Part shown: piece by piece, positions 36,380 through 48,815 of the stretch
How the letters are laid out: every line of letters begins with the position of its first letter
How positions within the stretch are numbered: the first letter of the stretch is position 1
DNA from: Vicugna vicugna
Taxonomy: Eukaryota
Assembly (NCBI GenBank): GCA_013265495.1
Contig: MU058387.1
Location: 372,001 to 436,000 of the forward strand
Direction: 5' to 3'
DNA length: 64,000 bases
Made by a program: the position numbers and the translations under genes
The notes under the pieces: generated by a model
What the model was told of the DNA's origin: nothing
Databases searched by the model: none
Seen by the model: the letters and a program-made list of their open reading frames with translations, nothing else

Positions 36380-36612
36380 GTAGAGTAACCTTTGCTTCAT
36401 TATAATAATCATGCCAATCCTTTCATGAATATGCATGCCCCTAGGCCTAAAACTTCCCTGTTCCAGCCCTCTGGGGAGACAGTATGTTGAGAGCTATCTC
36501 CCTGTCTCCTTTACGCTTCACAAGTACTAAATGCCTCTGTTTTAATCAAAAGCACGCACAGTGTGTTCCCTGCCTCTGCACCCCAAGTGAGAGACCCACT
36601 GAGTCTAGTAAC
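36380..36612 (+). mobile_element. ERV1-class LTR fragment
   Basis: catgaatatgcatg..cctaaaacttccc..ctctggggagacag..ctccctgtctccttt..gacccactgag. Confidence 0.45.
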
Positions 36613-36818
36613 TTGAGGCAGGTGTAGTACCCTTGGCCCTCTCTCCATCTGTATTGGAAGAGTATGTTCTTTGGAATCAAGTGAATTAGGCTTACAATCT
36701 GTACCTCCATTTATCAGCTGTTTGCTTAAGTGCTCTTCAATTCTACCATCTCTAAAAATGGTTTCAGCATTTTCATGGCATTGGAGAAAAAAAGAATGTT
36801 GAAATAATGCCATGTGAT

Positions 36819-37180
36819 GCAGACTTGCAGACTTAGTAAACAGTCTTATGGTTACCGGGGAAAGAAGGTGGGGAGGGATAAATTTGGGAGTTTGAGATTT
36901 ACAAATGCTAGCCACTATATATAAAAATAGATTTAAAAAAAAGTTTCTTCTGAACAGCACAGGGAACTATGTTCACTATCGTGTAATAATCTCTAATGGA
37001 AAAAATATATAAGCAAATACACGCATATATATGCATGACTGGGATTTTGTGCTGTACACCAGAGATTGACACATTGTAACTGATTGTATTTCAAGTCAAA
37101 TAAGTAAGTAAGTAAGTAAAAAAGAAAGAGAGAAAGTAAGCAAGCAAGCAAGCAAGCAAGAAAGAAAGAAAGAGAAAAGA
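36819..37180 (+). mobile_element. Camelid-type L1 3' end with compound microsatellite tail
   Basis: cttatggttaccggggaaag..gggataaatttgggagtttgagattt..agcacagggaactat..gctgtacaccaga; tail (TAAG)n(CAAG)n(AAAG)n; degenerate TSD aatgccaNNtgat. Confidence 0.9.
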
Positions 37181-39109
37181 AAAAAATGCCACTTGATCCT
37201 CTTAGTTCAATTTCTTCAATTATTACATTGAAAATATCAGCTTAAACAGTTACAGTATTAAACCACACTTCTCTAAGTTTAAAGAGTCAAAGTACATACT
37301 TGTAGGAGATTCACTTAATACAAAGATGGACTAAAAGAGATGCTTCTGTACTTTTTTAATGCAATTCCTTCAGTTTAGCCTGACACACTTTTCCCACTCT
37401 TTTGAAAGCTCTGGCAATAAATACTCCCCCTTCCCCAAGGTCTCAAAAATCTGGAGAAGGCTCTGCCCACTTGAATTTCTTAATCTTCACAATAATCTTC
37501 TGAGGCACAGAAAGCTAGGAATTGGAAGCTAGGACAGGAAGGCTTATGTTTGCACATACCCTTTATTCTGAGGAGTTTATTGACTCTTCAAAGGTCAAAC
37601 AATTCTGGAGAAGCCTTTTGACCCTTGGCCCCACTCCTGTCCGCAGCCGACTGCATGGTTTCCTCTCATGATATAGCAAATGTTTTCTTTTTCTCCCAAC
37701 CTCCGCCATTGCCTGCTTTAATGTTATTACCACATGGCTTTAAAAAATGGCCAAGTCTTCTCTCTGCACAAATCCAGACAGTTCTTGGAATTTGGGCCAA
37801 CTCATTTGGTTTTGTTTTTTTTTTTTTTTCTAATTTCCTTCAGTGAAGTTGGACATTGGGGGCATTTAAAATCTAACCCAACCATGTCTTAAAGTATAAA
37901 AATCCTATTGCCTTTTATGTAATCAGCCAATCTAATTATAAACCCTATAAAGTTGCTTTTTTCCCCATTTTTAAGAACCCTCTTAAAGGAAGGGTTTGAT
38001 TTTTAAGTGTTTTGAATGGCTTCCCTTTACAATTTCCGTACGGTGTTTAAGACTGAAAAGCTGTGACAAGTACTTGATAGTGTTTGCATTTGCAACTATG
38101 TAGTGGTACCAACAAGTCTCTGGCTTTAAAGATAAGCAACAGTACTTACTGGATTCTTGGGCAGTGATAAGAATAGAAAAACAATAAAGACGCAAGCAAC
38201 CCAGACATTTTTCCAGTTTAGTTGCTAAGAGAATCTTAGGTGGTCTACAGAACTATTCAAGATGGAAGAGGTACAGTCTGAAAGAGTTGTTAAAGAATTA
38301 AAAAAAAATGGAGATGATATAATGAAAATAACTTCAAAATAATTAAGATCCACTTAAAGACAAAATAAGCCTGCCCATCTTAACCCCTGTTGTATTGCCC
38401 AAAGTTGTGTTTACACATTGGCTTGCACATTTTTCTCTACTTTCCATTTTACAGTGTTGAATATACACTTAAGTCACATCAGAATGGTGGTCTTTCTCTT
38501 TGCTCTTTTTACGTCTATTGTCATCATTTTTATGAAACTAAAAACATTTTCTTAGTAACTGCCAACCAAGGGGCTTATCTACTGCAGATGGTGGCATTAA
38601 TAATTTCATAAGGGCGTTGGCAAGGTTGAATTTTCAGCTGCCCTTAGGCTCTTGTAACTTGTGCTTTTGGATTTCTCATCTAATTTTAATTTCTAAGTTA
38701 TGATGATTAAACTGTACTTGCACAGTAGACGTTCTCTTTTTTTAACCTGGTGATCAGGTCGCATTCTTCAGACATTATCCTTAATGTAAAAGCAGCAGAT
38801 GACATTTTTTTTTTGAGATGTCAGTGAATGATGAAACTGATAATATTAACACTTAAAAAATATATACTAATAGTACATTTAGTGTATTAATAATGATATC
38901 AAATTTTACTCAGATCCCTAGAACAGAACTTTTATCAGTGATCAGATATAAAGTCGTACATATAAAATACTCCTATTCAAAGTACTCAGAAGTTCCATTT
39001 TGTTCCCCACTCACCATTATTTCCCAGACCATCCTTTTGCTACACCATTAAGTTAATCTTTTTGTGAGATATTTTTGAACCGCATAGCACTGTTGGAGGC
39101 AATTCATAC

Positions 39110-39980
39110 ATGTATTCATCCAACAATATTTTTTTGTTCTTCTATTTGTAGAACAATATGACCTGCATTAAGGAATAGGTAAACATCTGTCAAACATATA
39201 TCTTGGCTTCAAGAACCTTACAGTCGATCAAAGATAAATGTATATCATTAACTATGATACAAAGAATTAATTTATAAATGCTATATACAAAGTAGAAAGA
39301 GAATTAACTAGCTGAGAAGAATCTTGTAATTCTAATTGGAAGAGGTAATGTGGACAAAATTAGAAGATTGAGTCATGTGTGTATTTGAAGGTAAGGCATT
39401 CCAGGCTGAGAAGGTCACAGAATTTAAGTTAGTTAGGCAATGGTCATATGCTTCTGCGGACAATTAGATCACCCACTACTTTGAAAATTCTAGGAGAACA
39501 GACTGTTTATCAGTGTATCTTTGGTGTCTAGCCATCTGGCATGTTATCAATCATTTATTTAATGAAAGAAGGTAAGGCAAATGAGTACTAAGATTGGAAA
39601 GACAGACTGAGCCAGATTGTAAAAAGCCCAGAATGCTAGAAATGCTAGAAAGTATGGATTTTATTTACACATGGTAGAGGTGTCTATGAAACTTTTGTTA
39701 GCAGGGGATGTCGCAACCAGCACTTTAAGTTGGGAAGATACACATGAGAATAATGCGTAAGATGCACAGATGTGAAGAGAAGAGAAAAGTGGCAACTACC
39801 AATGTACATGTTTTTAATATAATGGAGGAGGAAGTTACTTAAAAAGCTCTGGGAGAGTAAGATAATCAATAGGCTATTTTTCCTTATAAAAGTGATCAGA
39901 AAAAGGGTCAGAGCATGCTTTGTTGTGCTTGGAGAGAGAAAGTCCAGATATCAGAGCTGAAAAGCAGACACTGGGTATAG
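39110..39980 (-). mobile_element. L2 fragments
   Basis: attcatccaacaatattt; ggcattccaggc; gccagattgtaaaaagcc; aataggctatt. Confidence 0.45.
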
Positions 39981-40039
39981 TGAGAGCAAGAGACAATTGT
40001 TGTGTGTTCATCTTGTTTTCCACTGTGTTTTTGTGGCAC

Positions 40040-40225
40040 TGACTCAACTAATCTTCACAACAACTCTGTGAGTTATATGCCATCATAACCTTCACCAGTG
40101 AGGGCGGGACACGTTCTGTCTGAAAACTGCCCAAATTCACACAGCTAGTCATGGCTATAACCTGATATAACCTCTGGTGTAAGAACTCCCATCGGTGAGA
40201 GTCACTGGATCTATATCTGCCTGAG
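40040..40225 (-). mobile_element. MIR SINE
   Basis: taatcttcacaacaactctgtgag..aactgcccaaattcacacagctagt. Confidence 0.6.
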
Positions 40226-40565
40226 ACGCTCCCCATCAATATTCATCTCCTCAACCTTGGTTGATTTCCATAAACCCCCAGGGTTTTAGATTTTTCATCT
40301 GAAAATGTCAGAAGGAAAGTAGATCACCTCTTACCTCCTGTTTGGCTCAAATCCTCTATCCTTCATTAACAGATTCTAAGGTTCAGGTGACTAATTGTGA
40401 ATGTTGAAAATATTTCCCTGTGACTTTTCACTAGGTCCCAGTGTGTGCAGATGGAGCAATCCCATCCCCCCCATAAATCACCCTGAAGCTGTCTGGATTC
40501 CCTTATTTCTGGATTTGTGTAGAGTAGAGGGAAGGTTGAAAAAGCAAAGTGATGACAACAAAAAC

Positions 40566-40665
40566 CTTAGGAAAAGGAAAAGAAAGAAGAAAAGTGGAAG
40601 AAACGAGAGAGAGAGAAAGAGGAAGAAGAGAAAAGAAAGGAGAGAGGGAAGTCCGAGAGAAAGTT
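40566..40665. repeat. Purine-rich (GA) low-complexity tract
   Basis: Seen directly. Confidence 0.8.
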
Positions 40666-41965
40666 AACGTCTGGATGACCTCAGCATCCTTGGCATGCTC
40701 CTGTGCCTCCGAAGGGGAAGAGCTTCTGAGGCTGGGCAAAATGAAATCATTCACATAACACAAGATGCTTAACTCAGAGCGCCCTGCACGGGGCAGGCAG
40801 TCGTTGTCTGTTACCACCACTACCATTACCATCACCATTAGTGTCCTCATTATTCTTGTTGCTGTCTCCTTTGCCTTTTGAGACCTCTTAAGATAAAATT
40901 TGCCACTTATTTTTTCCCTTCTTCCTCTGTCCTGGTGTCTTCTATTTCTCTTTTTATGTTTTTCTTAAACCTAATGTTGTTTTCTTGTATTTATACCAAT
41001 TGGATGGGTGCATTTTGGGGATGCCATGCTGATTTAAATCTGATTTTGCTTCATTTTAAGGATTCCTTGCTCTATAATCTTAAGGCGAGGTGTTGACTTA
41101 CCCTCAAACCCTAGTTCTGTACAACAAAGATGTCTGCCTTCGCCTGAAGAAGTTATCTCTAAAATGTGAAAACAGGGTTTAAGACCCCTTGGAGAGTTCT
41201 TCTTTCCTCGCCTTCGGCTGATGTCAATTTCTAAGGCTAGGTTTTTATGAACTGAAGACCTGACATCTCAGGAAATGTGTCACTTTTTGAAGAGGACTGA
41301 AATGGATGATGCGACATGCCACTTGCTTCACCCTTTAGGACAGGGTCATTTCTTCCCCTGGCTGCTGACAACACACCGTCTGATTCCTTCTTCCTTCTCT
41401 GGGGGCTCTTTCTTGGAGTCTGCCTGCTTCCAGTGACTGAGGATTTTCTGGCAATACGAGCTCCCAGAGCCCTTATCTCAATTCCAGACAACTTTGAAGG
41501 ATCAGCTCAAAGCGCCTTCTGCCCACTCCTGCTCCCTCATCTTTCTTCCAAAGGTGCTGGTCCTAAGAGTAGGCTCCAATAAGTGACCCTCCCACCCCTA
41601 TTTTTGGCTTTGGGTCTGTTTCCTAGTCAGCTTGACCAGCAAACGTTGAGGATTTGGAACGACCTCTAAAGTTTCTGGTTTTCATTTGATGCTGAGAGTG
41701 AAACCACAGAGAATCAAATGTAAAAGGAAAAAAAAATGGTGGTCTGGCTGAGAAGTACCACTAACCTTTGAAAAGAAATGCCTCCTGAGGTTACGCAATT
41801 TTATAAAGTGTGCTTCCTTGTTCCAAATGAAGTCTTGAAACTTGCCAGATCTTCTGAAGCAAGTTTGAAAAACAAACAAGTTTAATGCCTGCTCATCATT
41901 AATCCAATATTCCGTGAAACCAGTCTTGAATATATTAGCTATCAGAGTAGAGTTTATTTATGAAT

Positions 41966-41976
41966 AAGATGGCGGC
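41966..41976 (+). promoter_or_regulatory. YY1 consensus motif AAGATGGCGGC
   Basis: Exact 11-bp match to the YY1 core in non-repeat sequence; function unverified. Confidence 0.4.
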
Positions 41977-43665
41977 AAACACCCCTAGACTGGATTGATT
42001 CATCTTGTTTGCAGAACTCAAATAGCAGAGCCTCAAATTACACCCAAAGATAACCTGAACTTTGATGATTTTTCACCATGAGGTTTCAATTAATTTCACA
42101 AAGGGTTGTTTCCTGGAAGGTATAAGATGTAAATGCGTTGCCTGCAGAGCAGTTTGCAGCCATTGGACCCCTGTGAATAACAGACAGTCCGTTTCAACTT
42201 GGAATTTACAGATGACTTCAAAGCACCAATCCTAGCGTCGTCCCCTGCAAATTAGACCAACAGAAATTCGGTTCCTTTACTGGAATTACAGAGACACACG
42301 ACCTTTGTAAAAGTAAAAGACTCTTGTATTCAAAAGCAAAGAAAATGAAGTATCCATTTTTCAGCATCTTGACCTATTGCCATATGCCCTTCTCTCATTT
42401 CAGGTGTCCTGTTTTGCCATCTCCAGGACTTTCTGGATGTCCAATTCTAAGAGGGCTTTCTGAGACCTTCCTTCAAGGTAAAGACTCATGTAAGAATTTT
42501 TAGACCTCACTAAAAAAGGATAACCAATTAAAAAATCAGCATTTCAAAATTCACAAAGATGGAAATGGAATGTGTTTATTTAAAAATAAAAAGATCAATA
42601 CAGTCACCATATAAAATAATGAATACACTTAGACATTCTTCAAAGGGCAGCAGATTAAAGAGGGTGTTGTCTCCAACTATTCCTTTCCAACACTCAGGAA
42701 GGGAGAAAATTTATTCCCAACTGACGTTCTGCCTCAGTCATTTCAGCCATCGAGATCTACATTTCAGGATGTGCACAGACATAAAACAACCAAAGAATTT
42801 TAAAAACATATCCATGTGTAGAGAGCAGGCAGATAAGATGGGGTGAATCATACGCTCTTGTATCTTAGCTCATGTTATCATTTTAAAACATATGAAATGG
42901 TAACATCAAATTATTGTTTTGGTTTTTTTTTTTTACCTGCAAAGTAACCCTGACATTCCTGCCCCTCCCTTTTCCCTCATCCTCTACTAATTATTTTAAG
43001 ATCTGGCCTTTGCTAAGAAAACAAGCAAATGTGGGTGAGGCTCTGTGGAAAGGGATTTTATATAAAACAGACCTTCTATTCTTCGGGAAAGGAGCAGCAG
43101 CATCTTTGAAGCGGCCCTGCAAAGGTGAAATTCTTTCCACAGTGAAGCAAGGCAGGCTATCGAGTGAATAAAGGGAGAAAGTAGACAAGGGTCAATGACA
43201 CTTACTGAAACAAGATGAGCCTGAGTGGAATCCCGGCGATCACTCACAGAAAGAAGCCCCCCCAGACCACACGTATCGGGCAACCTCATGACCCGGGGTC
43301 TGCTTACGGGAGTCCTCTTATCAACCTGGGGGTCCCTTTGCTCTGCTCCACACAAGGATTACAGCTGATAAGTTATGACAAGCCCCCAGTGGAAACCCAG
43401 TCAGCCAGGAAGGGCATCACCTCTTTTGGCGTATGCGTTCACATTACTTTGGCACTTACTATTATCATTTAAATGCAGTGTCACCTTAGAAGGGAAAAAA
43501 AAGATCCTCCTATTTGCTGCCGACTTAAGCCTGACAGAGTAATTGAAATAACCTATTAAGGCTTCTAAATGAGAGGCTCCAGGTCTAAGAGGCAAGCTGG
43601 CTGCATTGCAGAATGCAAACATCACATGCCTCTCTCGGTGACATAACCTCGTTAAACTGTGGGTA

Positions 43666-43666
<1 letters not shown>

Positions 43667-43720
<54 letters not shown>
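43667..43720. repeat. (AC)27 microsatellite
   Basis: Perfect dinucleotide run. Confidence 0.98.
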
Positions 43721-43722
<2 letters not shown>

Positions 43723-44004
43723 AGGGAGGCATGAGAAAAGGACCACAGTACATTCCAATCCAAAGAGGAAGGAGCCAGTGCATGTCTATTTTTTCAGACA
43801 TTGCTCAGGATCTAGAGCAGTCACAATGCCATGGCTCAGACCACAGCTCTTTACCTTTCTTACCAAGAACAATTTGGTGAGTCAGGCAGAAATGGTGAAA
43901 AAAAAAATTCTGATCAATGAATAAAACCTGTGAAATTTGACCTGTAACTAAAAACACCACATTCTAGCAATTTTTCCTTTCTCCGTTAAAAAAATAAAAG
44001 AATT

Positions 44005-44340
44005 GTTCACTGGTGTCCACCAGGGAGTGGTCCCAGGACCCCCATGGATACCAAAGTCCAAGCATGTTCTAGTCCCTTATATAAAATGAAATAGCGTTTG
44101 CATATAACCTATGTGCATCCTCTGTATACTTTTAAATCACCTCTAGATTACTTACACCTAATATGATGTAAATGCTATGTAAATAGTTGTAAATAAAATG
44201 CAAATGTTATGTAAATAGTTGTCTGAATGCAGCATGTTCAAGTCTTGCTTTTTGGAACTTTCTGAAAATTTTTTCTGGATTTTTTCCCATCTATTGGTTG
44301 AGTCTTTACCTGTGGAACCCATGGATATGGAAGTTGACTG
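44005..44340 (+). mobile_element. MER2-like TcMar-Tigger DNA transposon
   Basis: ccaggacccccatggataccaaa..gtcccttatataaaatg..tttgcatataacctatg..tgtggaacccatggatatgga..gactg. Confidence 0.8.
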
Positions 44341-44994
44341 GAATAATAATGCCCTGTTTCCTTTATCCTGCCCCAGTGACGGGATAGCAGGGACTAAAGG
44401 CATGTAAATGTCAGAGTGACCAGCCATTGGTCTCTCAGTCATGGAGCAGAATACGCCACGTCAGTATGTAGCGTCTCCTGCCGTGCTGGGGCCCCTAAAC
44501 CTGGGTTCTCACCAACCAGGGGACCAAAACGCTCCACACCAGCTCTGTAGACTGAAACAAGAGAAGGATGGATGCTTTTGTCACCAGCAGAAAAGTTATC
44601 TGAGGCCACTTGAGCAGCCCTTTCTTTTATCTTGCAGGCAGAACATGGGGTCATTTTTAATATCCTCAGAGTGCTCACTCATCGTTAGGATGGTGTTTCA
44701 TTATCTCTCAGAGTCTGAAGGCTTATTAGCGAGTTCAGTGGTTTCCTAATCACAGAGTAACCGCTCGTCAAATGTGGCTTTTCTTCTTTTTTGTGTCAGT
44801 TTTCCAAAGTTAGATTGTCTTGCCTTCCCCTTCCTATTCAAAGATGTATTTAAGGAGTCCTGTGGAAGATGATATAAGTGTCCAAAGATCAGATGGCAAG
44901 TGTGTATTTGGGTGTCTACCGTGTGTAAAGCAGCAGATACAGCACAAAGGACGTTCTAGTACTGATCAGAAGAATAAAGAAACTGAAGGCTGAC

Positions 44995-45375
44995 GTATTA
45001 GCCAGCTAGGGCTGCCGTAACAAAAATACCAGAGACCAGGTGGCTTAAACAACAAAAATTTATTTCCTCAGAGTTCTGGAGGCTGGAAGTCCAAGATTAA
45101 TGTACCAACAGGATTGACTTCTGGTAAGACCTTCCTTTCTGGTTTTTCATGTGGCCAACTTCCACCTGTGTCCTCACACAGCCTTTCCTCTGTGCACGTG
45201 CAGAGAGAGAGAGGGCACTCCAGTACATCTCCCTCTTCTTATAAGGATACTGGTCCTATGGATTAGGGTCCCACTTTTATGGCTCATTGGGAGTTAAGGC
45301 TTAAACAAATACAGTAACGTTGGGGAGTTAGGGCTTAAACACATGAAGAGGCAGGCACACAATGCATTTATAATG
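44995..45375 (-). mobile_element. MLT1A/B-like LTR
   Basis: gctagggctgccgtaacaaaaatacca..ggtggcttaaacaac..gttctggaggctggaagtccaagat. Confidence 0.85.
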
Positions 45376-45418
45376 TTAGGATAGTGTATATTTCATTTCC
45401 CTTAAAATCTCAAGACCC

Positions 45419-45791
45419 TATTATCTATTAAATGGTGCCCCCCTCCTCCAAAAGGTGTTGAATCCTAGCCCACAGTACTTAAGAATGTGAACTTATATAA
45501 AAATTGGATCATTGTAGATGTCATTTGTTAAAATGATGTCACTAGTCAAGATGGCCCATAGGGTGGACCTTTCATCCAATATGACTTCTCGTAAGAAGAG
45601 AAGAGGCACAGAGAGAGACAGGAGCAGGGAGAATGCTATGTGAAATCCTACAGGTTTCAGAGAGAGCGTGGCCCTGCCAAAACCTTGGTTTCAGACTTCC
45701 AGCCCCCAGAACCGTGAGACAGTGAATTTCGGTTGTTTTAAGCCACCCAGCATGTGGTACTTTGTTACTGCAGTCCCGGGAAATTAAGACA
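45419..45791 (+). mobile_element. MLT1B/C-like LTR
   Basis: gcgtggccctgcc..ccttggtttcagacttccagcc..ttttaagccacccag..gtggtactttgttac..aagaca. Confidence 0.8.
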
Positions 45792-46800
45792 GGTCCCAGG
45801 GTTCAAACTTTGTTCTTTTCTGTCTATAGTCACTCCCTTGATATCACAGCCAGTCTCACCATTTTAAATACCAATTATGTTTCAGTGACTCTCCAAGATG
45901 CATCTCCTGCTCCACACTGCCAGTTGCATTCACAGTAAACAGCTTGCACTTTAGATGACCATAATTAATTTCTTATTTTCCTCCCTGAGCTGCTCCTCTG
46001 GCTGTTCAAGTCATCCAAACTGTAAGCAAATCATATTGGCTCACACATCACATCTCTCCAGACTCTGCTCCTTTCTCATCACATTCACAGCTAGCAGCTC
46101 GTCCAAGGCACCGCCATCCACTGTGTGGGAACCACAGCATTGTAGCTGGTATCCCTGCTTCTGCCCATGACTCCCACAATACCCACCATCAGAGCCAGAC
46201 TGACCTTCTGAAAAGTAAGTCAGTTTGTACAACTGGTCTACTCAATATCCATCATAGGCTCACCATCCCACTGATGGTAAAAGCTAAATGCTTTTCAGTA
46301 GGCCTTACTGCTGTTTGCCTGCACCATCTGCCCCCTTAATCCATCAGAATTCATCTACTACTTGCCCTTGTACTCACTTTCTTTCATCCACACTGACCTT
46401 CTTGCTGTTCTTCAAACACAGCAGGCACAACCATCTTCCCCCTGGCTTTTCTTGTTGTGTGGAACCCATTTTTTCCCTCTGCTCTTTAAAGTCTTTGCTC
46501 AAAAATCTCTTCAAATGAAGCTTACCCTCACTGATCTTTCTAGTGAAATAACTAACATGCCCTGACTCTTTCCTCTTCACCCTTAAAATCCAAATCCTCC
46601 TTGCTTTGCCCTAATTCTTTTATCCAATCACTATACTTCTCATTCTATTGACTGATTTGGTATAGATTTTTTTTTTTTTTTGGTCTACTTTTCCCAGGAG
46701 AATGTCACCTCAGGAGGGTAGGGATTTCTGTCTCTTTTATAATGTGATGCCTCACAGGAGCCCAGAATAGTGCCAAACACATGTTGGGTGCTTGATAGAT
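45792..46800 (+). mobile_element. L2 LINE 3' region
   Basis: ttttaaatacca; cagagccagactgaccttctgaaaagtaagtcag; cacactgaccttcttgctgttcttcaaacac; cccagaatagtgcc. Confidence 0.75.
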
Positions 46801-47174
46801 GGCCAATCGCAGCTACTCTTCTCATTTGCTTCCAGTGCTCAGACTGGCTCAGCGATAGTCCCTTGCTGTAACATGTACTTTGATTTGGCAAATTACAATT
46901 TGCCTTACCTGTTCACATGCCAAAATGAATTCTATCCTCTAGCTACAAAAACGAAATCAATTTACCTGAACATTGGCCTCGTAGAGTGGTAAACAAATTG
47001 TTGCTTGAAATGGAAAAGCTGAGTTCCAGAGAGCCCAGTGTTAGTCTGAGGAGGCACTCAGGGACAGAAGCCCTGTTCCCAATTCCTTGTGCCGTTTCCA
47101 CTCGCAAATGTGGGATAGCTCGTGGATGGGCAAATCTGCTGGCATGTGGTGCGTCCTCGTAGGAATATTTGCAT

Positions 47175-47505
47175 CCCCTTGCTCTCTACTGGATCCGTCC
47201 CGAAGGGAACTTTTGTGTGCTTCTCATTTAATTGGAGGCAGGCTTGGCGTTGTGACTAGCTTTGGGCAGTGCCACGTAAGCATTGATTTTTAGGGTTTTG
47301 CGGGGTTCTGTCATCTTTCATTTTTCTCTCTGCCACAGGAACGCCAACATGCCAGGTGAGTGCTGCCCCCCACCCCGGATGCCGGCACGAAGAAGATGTG
47401 GAACAGAGACCACGTTAGGCCTTGAGCTACATGAAGCAGGGGTGGGACAGACGCCTTCATTGCGGTCAGCAAAAACTGACTGATGGCCGTGTAACATCTA
47501 CGACC
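47175..47505 (+). mobile_element. Old MLT1 (H/I/J-like) LTR
   Basis: gcttggcgttgtgactagctttgggca..ttttctctctgccac..aaaactgactgat. Confidence 0.45.
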
Positions 47506-47559
47506 ACTAAATCCGGTTTTGGGGGGCTTGCTAGGCGCCAGGAGCTTGGCAAACATTAC

Positions 47560-47735
47560 TTTCTTGATTTCACAACAACTCAGTGAACGGAGTATGAGAA
47601 TCCCTTTTTCCTCAGGAAACTGAAGTACAGGGAAGTTAAGTTATCGGAAGCGACACGGCCAGAAAGTGGCTGAGCCAAAATTTAAACGAAAGGCTATCTG
47701 ATTCTCAAACACAAGATCTTAGTCTTTCCATTAAC
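47560..47735 (-). mobile_element. MIR SINE
   Basis: tcacaacaactc..ggaaactgaagtacagggaagttaag..aagtggctgagcca. Confidence 0.7.
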
Positions 47736-48389
47736 ATTTGATGTTGATTAAAAATAATAATAATAATAAGCACCCTCAAGTTAAAGTTCGTAGAGATACA
47801 GGAAGAGATTGAAGAGACAGTAGTTAAAACCCAGAGATCGGCATGAAGCATCTCTGCCGTCCCCTGCTCAGATTTTCCAGAGAAATACGTACAGTCTCTG
47901 CAAGAGGGTTTGACCGTTCACATCGGCTCAGGCAGTGATCCCAGCATGGGTGGCCGGGGCCTTGGCTCTGTTTGTTTTACAATATGTTAGAACATTGCCA
48001 GCTAACATTTTTAAACTTCTTTTTTTTTTTTCCTTTTCAGCCAAACCAATTCCAAATGTTTGAAATGCTAAATTGTGGGAAGAACTAAGAGTAACCAGCA
48101 GTACAGATTTTTTTTTTCCTTTATGAAAAATAAACACTTTGAAGAAAAGCAAGATTCATCTCTTTACTCCAGTGGGGAAGCGTGGAAGTCAGACCCTCAC
48201 CCATCCTAGACATCATGGTACAGAAAAGAGGGGTTTTTTTGTTGTTGATGTTTTTCTTTTTGTTTTTTGTTTGTTTGTTTTTTCTAGATATCTTTAGACA
48301 TTGGATAGATAAAATTACAAATGATTCCTAATTTATAATGGAAAGTGACCAAGTCTCTATTAATTAGAAATACTTTTAATTGTAATAAC

Positions 48390-48815
48390 AGGAAGTCAGT
48401 CCAGTTCTTCATGGCCCTCTGCATCTCTGCCCTTTGCTGTGTGACCCTGCACTGCCCTGTTAGTGTGGGTGGCATCTGCTTTCCTTGTTGGCTCACGGGA
48501 CTTGCTTCGGCCAACAGAATGAGGGAGGGCCTGCGTGCCAGCTCACAGTGTCGACCTCAGGGAGCCTGGCTTGCTCCATTTGTCTTCTTGGCTTCTCCTT
48601 CCATGAGGAGGACATGCTTAGCCTAGCCTGCTGATCTCAGGAGGAGACCAAGGAACATGAGGAAACACGAGATCCACCCAGTCAAGCAAGCCCAACCCAG
48701 ATTAGCTCACCCCTGGCTAACCTGCACGCTCCTGAGATTAATAAGTAAATACTGATTCTTGTTTGTCCTGGAGACACTGTAGCTGTTTATTATAGGACAG
48801 GAGCTGATTGATACA
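48390..48815 (+). mobile_element. MLT1H/I-like LTR
   Basis: gacttgcttcggccaacagaatg..ccatgaggaggacatgc..gctgattgataca. Confidence 0.65.

Noticed and set aside
36511..36960. Longest ORF in the track (149 aa, minus strand)
   Set aside because: It spans antisense L1 3'UTR and LTR-like sequence, starts at a non-ATG codon and resembles no protein I know.
40401..40850. Lys/Arg/Glu-rich ORFs
   Set aside because: They result from a purine-rich low-complexity tract.
43401..43880. ORFs with VCVCVC and HTHTHT runs
   Set aside because: These are translations of the (AC)27 microsatellite.
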